A stretch of DNA of 64,000 nucleotides from an uncultured Bacilli bacterium (GTDB lineage Bacteria; Bacillota_I; Bacilli_A; RF39; UBA660). Where the stretch lies: positions 890 to 64,889 of the forward strand of contig CAKPSO010000005.1 of NCBI GenBank assembly GCA_934183185.1. The letters are read 5' to 3'. Position 1 is the first letter of the stretch. Every line of letters starts with the position of its first letter. Of the stretch, positions 10,631 to 18,189 are shown one piece after another. The notes under the pieces are model-generated. The model was not told where the DNA came from and ran no database searches. It saw only the letters and a program-made list of their open reading frames with translations. Both the position numbers and the translations under genes were made by a program.

Positions 10631-10714
10631 GGAGAGGTAGCGAAGTGGCTAAACGCGGCAGACTGTAAATCTGTTCCTAACGGTTCGATGGTTCGAATCC
10701 ATCTCTCTCCACCA
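10631..10714 (+). tRNA. tRNA-Tyr (GTA)
   Basis: Long variable arm. Loop CTGTAAA. CCA encoded. Confidence 0.9.
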
Positions 10715-10720
10715 CTAGAT

Positions 10721-10795
10721 TGCCTCGTAGCCAAGTGGTAAGGCATCAGACTTTGACTCTGACATGCGCTAGTTCGAATCTAGCCGAGGCAGCCA
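10721..10795 (+). tRNA. tRNA-Gln (TTG)
   Basis: Acceptor TGCCTCG/CGAGGCA. Loop CTTTGAC. Confidence 0.88.
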
Positions 10796-10811
10796 TTTAA
10801 AAATATTATAC

Positions 10812-10887
10812 GCTTCGTTAGCTCAGTCGGTAGAGCATTTGACTTTTAATCAAAGGGTCTGGAGTTCGAATCTCCAACGAGGCACCA
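10812..10887 (+). tRNA. tRNA-Lys (TTT)
   Basis: Acceptor GCTTCGT/ACGAGGC. Loop CTTTTAA. Confidence 0.9.
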
Positions 10888-10895
10888 TATTTTGT

Positions 10896-10984
10896 GCCTG
10901 AGTGGCGGAATTGGTAGACGCACAGGACTTAAAATCCTGCGAGCTTCAACACTCGTGCCGGTTCAAGTCCGGCCTTAGGCACCA
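10896..10984 (+). tRNA. tRNA-Leu (TAA)
   Basis: Long variable arm. Loop CTTAAAA. Confidence 0.9.
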
Positions 10985-10987
10985 TAC

Positions 10988-11080
10988 GGAGGAATACCCA
11001 AGTCTGGTTGAAGGGACCGGTCTTGAAAACCGGGAGGTCGTGCAAGCGGCGCAGGGGTTCGAATCCCTTTTCCTCCGCCA
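10988..11080 (+). tRNA. tRNA-Ser (TGA)
   Basis: Long variable arm. Loop CTTGAAA. Confidence 0.9.
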
Positions 11081-11088
11081 TCTGATAT

Positions 11089-11165
11089 CGCGGGATAGAG
11101 CAGTCTGGTAGCTCGTTGGGCTCATAACCCAGAGGTCATAGGTTCAAATCCTATTCCCGCAACCA
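11089..11165 (+). tRNA. initiator tRNA-fMet (CAT)
   Basis: C1:A72 mismatch (CGCGGGA...TCCCGCA). GGG/CCC in the anticodon stem. Loop CTCATAA. Confidence 0.88.
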
Positions 11166-11169
11166 ATGT

Positions 11170-11245
11170 GGTCTCGTAGTGCAGGGGTTAACACGTCTGC
11201 CTGTCACGCAGAAGATCGCGGGTTCAATTCCCGTCGAGACCGCCA
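11170..11245 (+). tRNA. tRNA-Asp (GTC)
   Basis: Acceptor GGTCTCG/CGAGACC. Loop CTGTCAC. Confidence 0.9.
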
Positions 11246-11248
11246 TAT

Positions 11249-11324
11249 GGCTTCATAGCTCAGTCGGTAGAGCAAAGGACTGAAAATCCTTGTGTCACTG
11301 GTTCGATTCCAGTTGAAGCCACCA
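11249..11324 (+). tRNA. tRNA-Phe (GAA)
   Basis: Acceptor GGCTTCA/TGAAGCC. Loop CTGAAAA. Confidence 0.9.
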
Positions 11325-11355
11325 TTATAATTTTGAAACGTATAAGTTCGAAGCT

Positions 11356-11432
11356 GCGCTCGTAGCTCAGCTGGATAGAGTGTTTGGCTACGAACCAAAA
11401 GGTCAGGGGTTCGAATCCCTTCGAGCGCACCA
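11356..11432 (+). tRNA. tRNA-Arg (ACG)
   Basis: Acceptor GCGCTCG/CGAGCGC. Loop CTACGAA. Confidence 0.9.
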
Positions 11433-11433
11433 T

Positions 11434-11510
11434 CGAGATGTGGCTCAACTTGGTAGAGCACGTGGTTTGGGACCATGGGGTTGCAGGTTCAAATCCTGTC
11501 ATCTCGACCA
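11434..11510 (+). tRNA. tRNA-Pro (TGG)
   Basis: Acceptor CGAGATG/CATCTCG. Loop TTTGGGA. Only 1 nt after tRNA-Arg. Confidence 0.9.
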
Positions 11511-11520
11511 TTGAATATTA

Positions 11521-11547
11521 AAAGTCTTGAATTTCAAGGCTTTTTTT
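11521..11547 (+). terminator. intrinsic terminator of the tRNA array
   Basis: 9-bp stem AAAGTCTTG / CAAGGCTTT followed by a T-run. Confidence 0.7.
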
Positions 11548-11555
11548 CTGCTATA

Positions 11556-11645
11556 AAATGTTAATTTGTTTTCAAAAATTTAACGCGTTATTTAAATATG
11601 TTAAAAAAATCAAAAAAATTTAACATGTTTCTTGTATATGTTAAA
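11556..11645 (+). promoter_or_regulatory. phased operator-like half-site array upstream of fic
   Basis: ATGTTAA at 11558, 11598 and 11638 (40-nt phase). Palindromes TAACGCGTTA (11581-11590) and AACATGTT (11622-11629) lie midway. Confidence 0.45.
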
Positions 11646-11681
11646 TAATAGGTGTAATATTATATATGAGGAGATGAAAAT

Positions 11682-12737
11682 ATGAAGTTATTACCATTTA
11701 AAGATTATGATTTAAAAACTCCTAGAATACTTGAGGCATTGAATGATGCGTCTAGATCACTTGCAGAATTGAAAGGATTTGCTAATTCAATTCCAAATCA
11801 ACATATATTGATTAATGCAATAACTATTAATGAAGCTAAGGATAGTAGTGCTATAGAAAACATTGTTACTACACATGATAGTATTTATAAAGTATTAACA
11901 GAAAGTGGATTCAAAGAAGATGCCGCAAAAGAGGTAGTGGATTACAGAAGTGCTATTTGGCGTGGCTATGAAATTATTAGTGAAAAGGGCTTTATTTCTA
12001 CTAATATTTTGTTGGAACTTCAGGCGATGATTGAGCCCAACAAAACTGGTATAAGAAGGACACCTGGTACTAATTTAGTCAATAGTGCTACTGGAGAAAT
12101 TATTTATACACCGCCACAAACAGAAAATGAGATAAGAGACTTGCTTAAAAATTTAGAAGATTATATAAATGATTTTGATGATGATGTAGATCCATTGATT
12201 AAAATGGCTTTAATACATTACCAATTTGAAAGTATTCATCCATTTTATGATGGAAATGGTAGAACTGGAAGAATATTGAATATTTTATATTTAGTGTTAA
12301 ATAACTTATTAGATAGTCCGATTCTTTATTTAAGTAATTATATAAATAAAAATAAAAGTGATTACTATAGACTATTTACTGAATTTAGAGAAAAAAATAA
12401 TTATGAAGACTGGATTATATACATCTTAAAAGGGATAGAAGAAACTTCTAAAAATACAGTTGAGTTAATTAAGCAAGTACAGCTTGAAATGGAATCTTAT
12501 AAGAAAGAGTTTATAGATAAACTACCAAAAATATATTCTGATAAATTACTTGATTCTTTATTTTTTGAAGTTTATACAAGAATAAACTATATAGAGGATA
12601 GATGTAATGTTACAAGACAAACTGCAGTTACATATTTAAATCAACTAGTTGATGTGGGATTACTTGAGTATGAAAAAGTTGGGAGAGAGAGTATTTATAA
12701 AAATACGCGTTTAATTGACTTAGTTAGGAAATTTTAA
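11682..12737 (+). CDS. Fic family protein (putative AMPylase, autoinhibited class II-like) with C-terminal wHTH
   Basis: Fic motif HPFYDGNGRTGR. Upstream inhibitory-helix-like SSAIEN (S/TxxxE(G/N)). GAGGAG RBS. Confidence 0.9.
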   Translation: MKLLPFKDYDLKTPRILEALNDASRSLAELKGFANSIPNQHILINAITINEAKDSSAIENIVTTHDSIYKVLTESGFKEDAAKEVVDYRSAIWRGYEIISEKGFISTNILLELQAMIEPNKTGIRRTPGTNLVNSATGEIIYTPPQTENEIRDLLKNLEDYINDFDDDVDPLIKMALIHYQFESIHPFYDGNGRTGRILNILYLVLNNLLDSPILYLSNYINKNKSDYYRLFTEFREKNNYEDWIIYILKGIEETSKNTVELIKQVQLEMESYKKEFIDKLPKIYSDKLLDSLFFEVYTRINYIEDRCNVTRQTAVTYLNQLVDVGLLEYEKVGRESIYKNTRLIDLVRKF

Positions 12738-12753
12738 AATATTTTTTGATATT

Positions 12754-12789
12754 AGCTTAATAAAAGTATCATTTTATTAAGCTATTTTA
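12754..12789 (+). terminator. intrinsic terminator after fic
   Basis: Perfect 12-bp stem AGCTTAATAAAA / TTTTATTAAGCT, then a T-rich tail. Confidence 0.6.
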
Positions 12790-12877
12790 CTTCTATTTAC
12801 AAAAAGTTAACCTTTATTCTTGATGTTTAGTATTATTTTGTGGTAGAATTAATTTAGAAAAAATAGAGAGTAGGGGT

Positions 12878-14767
12878 ATGATGAAAAATTCACAGTATTC
12901 TAAGAAAATACTCTTGTTATCAATAAGTATAATAGTACTTTTAGTAATAGCTTTAGGAAGTACATATGCTATATTTACTTATACTAAATTAGGAACTACA
13001 GATAATACGATAACTACAGGTACATTAAAGTTCTTATATACAGAAAATAGTACCGGTGGAACAGGAATAAATATAAGTGAGGCAGAGCCAATATCAGATA
13101 CCCAAGGAAAAGAATTGGTAGGAGATAAGAATGTATTTGATTTCAAGGTAACAGGTACTAATACTAGTAATAGTGATTTACCATATGGAATAACTCTAAA
13201 AAAGAAAAATGATTCTACTTTAGTAGATGAAGGAGTAAAAGTATATTTAACTGAAGTAGCAGGAAATAGTGAAACAGTATTAATTGGACCAACTCTATAT
13301 AGTGAATTAACTCAGTCAGTACAGAGTAGTGATAATGAAAAGGTAGTATATGTTAATAAAGTAGCAGCTAATACTAAGAGTTATGAAAAGAGTTTTAGAT
13401 TAAGAATATGGATAGATGAAAATTTAGATTTTTCTAGTGGTAATTATAATAATAAAACATTTACAGCGACAGTAAATGTATACTCTAATGATAAAGTTAA
13501 AGAAGAAAAAATTGTATACAAAGAATCAATATTAAATGGAACAGATCCAGTATTAAAGGATAATTTAGTACCAATAAAAATAGCCAGTGATGGAACAGTA
13601 ACAAAAGCAGACTTATATCAGGAATGGTATAATTATGAAAATAAAGAATGGGCCAATGCCGTAATACTAAAAGATGAAACAAAAACATATAATAATGGAG
13701 AAACAATACCAGAATCAAATATTGAATCATACTTTGTATGGATACCTAGATATAAGTACCAAATATTTGATGAAGGAAATTATACAGGATTAACTAGTAT
13801 CGAAAACAAAGTTCAAACAATAAATGTAGTATTTGAGAATAAAGATACAACTCCATCAAATGGAACTACTAAAGGTACATGGTTAACACATCCAGCATTT
13901 ACTAGCTTTGATTCAAATGGTTTCTGGGTAGGAAAGTTTGAAACTGGATATGATGGGGCTACAAGTACTAGTGCAGCTCAAGTAAATAGTGTAGATACAA
14001 GCAAAATAATAATAAAGCCTAATGTATATTCATGGAGAAATATAAATGTAGGGAATATATTTAAAAATAGTTATGATTATCAAAGAAGTTTAGATAGTCA
14101 TATGATAAAGAATACCGAGTGGGGAGCTGTAGCATACCTTCAACATTCAATATATGGTAGTCAAGCTAGTGTAAGATTAAATAATAATAGTGCTTTTATT
14201 ACAGGATATATGGGTACTGAAGAACCAACCAAAGGGTACAGTTCATCAAGTATAGATGGTAATAGATATGAATCAACATCATTAGGAAAAGATGGAACAT
14301 ATACTGTAAATTATTTAAATAGTAAATCAACTGTAGCATCAACTACAGGAAACAAAAGTGGAATCTATGATATGTCCGGAGGAGCCTGGGAATGTGTAGC
14401 AGGCTATACAACTGGATCAACAACAGTAGGTGGAAGTAGTGGAATAGCTAGTTTATATTCCAACTTCTTTACTAATAGTACTTATACAAAATATTGGGAT
14501 AAGTATACATCAACTACTAATACACAGTATAATAATAGAATTTTAGGAGATGCAACTGGAGAGATGGGACCATTTGGAAATGAAAAAGATCCAGATAATA
14601 GTTCTAGACAAAAATCAAGTTGGTATGGAGATTTCGCTAACTTTGCTAATTCTTCTAATCCTTGGTTCCTACGCGGGGGCAATTGGAGCAGTGGCACTGC
14701 TTCTGGCGCCTTTGCATTCAGCAGCTTTTCAGGCACTACGAGCTCGCGTACAAGTCTTTCCGTGTAG
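12878..14767 (+). CDS. secreted or anchored modular protein: conserved N-module (TasA/camelysin-like, SipW-type-signal-like) + linker + FGE-sulfatase/C-type-lectin-fold-like head; 3' end apparently frameshifted
   Basis: N-terminus LGSTYAIFTYTKLGTTDNTITTGTLKF. Head motifs GIYDMSGGAWECVAGY and PWFLRGGNWSSG. The expected terminal SFRVVLAP is in the +2 frame after about 14750. Confidence 0.6.
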   Translation: MMKNSQYSKKILLLSISIIVLLVIALGSTYAIFTYTKLGTTDNTITTGTLKFLYTENSTGGTGINISEAEPISDTQGKELVGDKNVFDFKVTGTNTSNSDLPYGITLKKKNDSTLVDEGVKVYLTEVAGNSETVLIGPTLYSELTQSVQSSDNEKVVYVNKVAANTKSYEKSFRLRIWIDENLDFSSGNYNNKTFTATVNVYSNDKVKEEKIVYKESILNGTDPVLKDNLVPIKIASDGTVTKADLYQEWYNYENKEWANAVILKDETKTYNNGETIPESNIESYFVWIPRYKYQIFDEGNYTGLTSIENKVQTINVVFENKDTTPSNGTTKGTWLTHPAFTSFDSNGFWVGKFETGYDGATSTSAAQVNSVDTSKIIIKPNVYSWRNINVGNIFKNSYDYQRSLDSHMIKNTEWGAVAYLQHSIYGSQASVRLNNNSAFITGYMGTEEPTKGYSSSSIDGNRYESTSLGKDGTYTVNYLNSKSTVASTTGNKSGIYDMSGGAWECVAGYTTGSTTVGGSSGIASLYSNFFTNSTYTKYWDKYTSTTNTQYNNRILGDATGEMGPFGNEKDPDNSSRQKSSWYGDFANFANSSNPWFLRGGNWSSGTASGAFAFSSFSGTTSSRTSLSV

Positions 14768-14990
14768 TGCTTGCTCCTTAGGCACCGAAGGTGCTGTTAA
14801 CCCTCGCGTAAACAGGAATTGGAGAAAAGTATAAATCATTAAATTAAATAAAACTATTGATATATGAGGCTATAGCTTTTCTCTTTTTATGAAAAGATGT
14901 GGCCAAATTATGACGTTTGTATGTTTGAAATATACATAGTACAAATGTAGGAATATGGTTATAACAACTCAATTTTCTTTGTTAGTGTTA

Positions 14991-15142
14991 CTTGCTCACT
15001 TTGCTAATTCTTCTAACCATTGGTTCCTACACGGGGCAATTGGAACAATGGTACTGAATCTTGTGTATTTGCATTTAACTGCTTTTTAGACACTACGTAC
15101 ATGGTCAATTCTTTTCGTATAGTCCTAACACCAACTGTATAA
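14991..15142 (+). pseudogene. remnant of the 3' end of a second FGE-sulfatase-like head gene
   Basis: Aligns to 14637-14781 of the upstream gene. Reads RGNWNNGTESCVFAFNCFLDTTYMVNSFRIVLTPTV* after a 1-nt deletion in the G-run. No 5' part present. Confidence 0.7.
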
Positions 15143-15193
15143 AAAAGAAATCTGTCTTTAGTTAAAATATGATTAATAAATAGGAGAAAAATT

Positions 15194-15832
15194 ATGAATA
15201 ATGATAATAATAAAAATAATAAAATGTTTATGTTAGTAATTGGAATGTTACTTTTAGTAGTAATAACTGTAGGAGTAACATACGCTATATTTAGTTATAC
15301 TAAATTAGGAACAACAGATAATACTATACGTACTGGTAGTTTGAAATTTTTGTATACTGAAAATAGTGCTGGAGGAACAGGAATAAATATAAGTGAAGCA
15401 GAACCAATATCAGACGCACAAGGAAAATCTTTAGTAGGAGATAATAATGTATTTGACTTTAAAGTAGAAGGAACTAATGTAGGAAGTGATACTATTCCAT
15501 ATGAAGTAACATTAAGGAAGAAAAAAGATTCAACTATGGATGAAAATGATATAAAAATTTATTTACAAGATACTAATGATAATAGTGATTTATTAGTACC
15601 TACACTTTACAGTAATCTTAAACAAACTAAGGTGGATGTTGATGATAATATAGAAAAAACATTATATACTGGTGCAGTTAAATCTGGTGAGGTAGCTTAT
15701 CTTAAATCATTTAGATTAAGAATGTGGGTAGATAGTAATAGTACTCAAGAGGAAGTCAATGGTAAGACATTTAAAGCTACTGTAAATGTATATGCTAATG
15801 CTAAATTAGCTAGTGATACTATTGGTAATTAG
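15194..15832 (+). CDS. headless paralogue: conserved N-module only (TasA/camelysin-like)
   Basis: 212 aa. VGVTYAIFSYTKLGTTDNTIRTGSLKFLYTENSAGGTGINISEAEPISD is near-identical to the neighbours. AGGAG RBS. Confidence 0.7.
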   Translation: MNNDNNKNNKMFMLVIGMLLLVVITVGVTYAIFSYTKLGTTDNTIRTGSLKFLYTENSAGGTGINISEAEPISDAQGKSLVGDNNVFDFKVEGTNVGSDTIPYEVTLRKKKDSTMDENDIKIYLQDTNDNSDLLVPTLYSNLKQTKVDVDDNIEKTLYTGAVKSGEVAYLKSFRLRMWVDSNSTQEEVNGKTFKATVNVYANAKLASDTIGN

Positions 15833-15866
15833 AAATAGATAACATATCAACAAAATGGAGTTTTTT

Positions 15867-17330
15867 ATGGATAATAAAAATAATAATAGATTGGTTTTAT
15901 CATCTATACTTGGAATTATTAGTTTAATATTAATTACTTTGGGAGTAACATATGCAGTATTTACTTATATTAAGGAAGGAACTACAGATAATGTAGTTAC
16001 ATCTGGTACATTAAAGTTCTTGTATACAGAAAATAGTGCTGGAGGTACTGGAATAAATATAAGTGAAGCAGAACCAATATCGGATACACAAGGAAAATCT
16101 TTAGTAGGAGATAATAATGTATTTGACTTTAAAGTGGAAGCAACTAACACAGGTAGTGAAGTAATACCATATGAAGTAACACTAAGAAAGAAAGATATTT
16201 CTACTATGAGTGAAGATAATGTAAAAGTATATTTAACAGATGAAACAGAGAGTACTGATATAGTAGAACCAACTCTATATAGTAAATTAACACAAACTAA
16301 TATAGACGTAGGAACTAATATAGAGAAGACTCTATATAAAGGAGAAGTAGCAGCGAGTACTAATAATTATTTAAAGACATTTAGATTAAGAATGTGGATA
16401 GATGGAAATAGTAATCAAAATGATATAAATGGGAAATCATTTACAGGAATGGTAAATGTATATTCAAATGCTAAAGTAACTGAAAACACTAGTACTACTT
16501 TAAAAAATGAAATAATGAAGAATCCTATAGTAGAAGCAGAACCAACATTAACTAAAAATATTTCATCCTCTGGTGATGCAAGTGGATTATATTCTTCAAC
16601 TGCTACTAATACAGGAGCTGCAACTTATTATTTTAGAGGAGCAGTAGAAAATAACTATGTATCATTTGCAGGTCAAACATGGAGAATTGTAAGAGTAAAT
16701 GAAGATGGTACTATTCGTATGATTATGCAAGATGGAATTAATGATAATAAACTTAATTACTATAATACTAAAGGTACTTTAGGAGAATATTATAAAACTA
16801 TGTATTATACAAATAGTGAAGCTAAAACTACCCTTGATACTTGGTACAATACTAATATAGGAGTTAATGAAGAATATTCCAAATATGTAGTTACAGGTAA
16901 TTATTATTGTGAGCAGGCTAAAACTAGAACAAATGCTATCTATGGCTTTGAAAATGCTACTATGCCATTATATAGCGATTATACTGCAGAATTTAAATGT
17001 CAAACTGATGGAAATGGTTATGGCTTAGTAAATGCTAATATTGGGTTAATTACTTATGATGAAGTAGTATATGCTGGTGGTTATGCACATGTTTCAATTG
17101 AAAATACTTATCTATATGGTGGAACTACTAATTCTAATCAGTGGTTTACGATGTCTCCAGCTGGTACTGCAAATGAAGATGCTGTAATATGGGTTTTAAT
17201 TTCTGGTAAGTTTTTAGGTGATACTTCTGTTAAATATGGTCCATGTATACTTAGACCAGTAATTAATCTTAAAGCCAATACTATAGTTACTGGTACAGGT
17301 ACAGCTGATAATCCATATAAAGTTCAATAA
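15867..17330 (+). CDS. modular paralogue: conserved N-module + beta-rich head (YYFRG...WRIVRV...RPVINL, DUF6273-like)
   Basis: The N-module is clearly similar by eye to the 15194 ORF. The C-terminal head is homologous to the C-terminus of ORF 34844-35950. Confidence 0.7.
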   Translation: MDNKNNNRLVLSSILGIISLILITLGVTYAVFTYIKEGTTDNVVTSGTLKFLYTENSAGGTGINISEAEPISDTQGKSLVGDNNVFDFKVEATNTGSEVIPYEVTLRKKDISTMSEDNVKVYLTDETESTDIVEPTLYSKLTQTNIDVGTNIEKTLYKGEVAASTNNYLKTFRLRMWIDGNSNQNDINGKSFTGMVNVYSNAKVTENTSTTLKNEIMKNPIVEAEPTLTKNISSSGDASGLYSSTATNTGAATYYFRGAVENNYVSFAGQTWRIVRVNEDGTIRMIMQDGINDNKLNYYNTKGTLGEYYKTMYYTNSEAKTTLDTWYNTNIGVNEEYSKYVVTGNYYCEQAKTRTNAIYGFENATMPLYSDYTAEFKCQTDGNGYGLVNANIGLITYDEVVYAGGYAHVSIENTYLYGGTTNSNQWFTMSPAGTANEDAVIWVLISGKFLGDTSVKYGPCILRPVINLKANTIVTGTGTADNPYKVQ

Positions 17331-17336
17331 TCTATT

Positions 17337-17369
17337 AAAATCAATTAGTAAAGTCTAATTGATTTTTTT
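17337..17369 (+). terminator. intrinsic terminator of the paralogue cluster
   Basis: 12-bp stem AAAATCAATTAG / CTAATTGATTTT plus a T-run. Confidence 0.75.
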
Positions 17370-17418
17370 GCATGTTTTTTAATTCTTATCATATATTTAA
17401 ATAGAAAAGAGGGATAAG

Positions 17419-18189
17419 ATGAAAAAAATGGTGCCTTTTACTAAACAGATTCATTTTAAAACAATGATTGCTGAAGTAACTGATATTGAGGTAACTCATA
17501 ACTTAGAAATTAAAGAAGATAATACGATTGAGGGTGATATATTAGTAGACGGAAGATATAAAATACATGAAGCTAGTCAATTAGAAGAAAAATTCCATTA
17601 TAATTTACCATTTACTATAGAAGTAGACTCTAAATATGATATTTCTAAAGCTAGTATTGCGATTAGTGATTTTTACTTTGAAATTATTAATGAAGAAGAC
17701 TTAAAAATAAACGTTGAATTAGAAATATATGATGTAGATGAGAAAAAAGTAGAAGTTGGTACTAGAGAAGAAATAGAACCAATTCCTATTGAGGTTGATG
17801 AACAACCAAAAAAAATTGAAATACCTAGTATTGATGAGATAGAAGAAGATATTAAAGAAGAAGTAGTTGATACTAATAAGAATAATACTACTTTAGATAG
17901 TGAAAAAATTAACTTTAAAATTACAGATACTAATATAAATACCAATACTTCTACTTCTAATACTACTAATACTAATACTAATACTAATAAAAACTATAAT
18001 ACTATTTTTGATACTATATCTGGTGATGAGACATTCGTTACATACTATGTATATATAGTTAGGGAAACTGATACCATTGAAACTATCTTAGATAAATATC
18101 ATGTTACTAGAGAAGATTTATCACTATATAATAACTTAGATGATATAAAGATTGGTACTAAAGTAATAGTTCCATGTCACAATGAATAA
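17419..18189 (+). CDS. SpoVID-like spore-coat morphogenetic protein with C-terminal LysM
   Basis: N-terminal SpoVID-type beta region, acidic linker, Thr/Asn repeat, and LysM (YVYIVRETDTIETILDKYHVTREDLSLYNNL...IGTKVIVP). Followed by a ysxE-like gene, as in Bacillus. Confidence 0.6.
   Translation: MKKMVPFTKQIHFKTMIAEVTDIEVTHNLEIKEDNTIEGDILVDGRYKIHEASQLEEKFHYNLPFTIEVDSKYDISKASIAISDFYFEIINEEDLKINVELEIYDVDEKKVEVGTREEIEPIPIEVDEQPKKIEIPSIDEIEEDIKEEVVDTNKNNTTLDSEKINFKITDTNINTNTSTSNTTNTNTNTNKNYNTIFDTISGDETFVTYYVYIVRETDTIETILDKYHVTREDLSLYNNLDDIKIGTKVIVPCHNE

Noticed and set aside
10902-11511. ORFs 10902-11111 (+), 11204-11476 (-) and 11260-11511 (-) from the six-frame track
   Set aside because: They lie entirely inside the tRNA array. 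They are open only because tRNA genes are GC-rich and stop-poor.
14482-14834. ORFs 14482-14736 (-) and 14550-14834 (+)
   Set aside because: They are artefacts of the GC-rich, stop-free patch at the end of the FGE-head gene. They have no RBS and overlap a much longer gene.
14671-15142. Diversity-generating retroelement (VR at the gene 3' end, TR-like copy downstream, hairpin after the VR)
   Set aside because: Mismatches are not adenine-specific: about half are T versus C/G, including third codon positions such as GGT/GGC and TTT/TTC. The two copies also differ by three indels. No reverse transcriptase or Avd-like ORF occurs anywhere in the 64 kb. It is kept as a finding only so that a remote TR/RT can be excluded.
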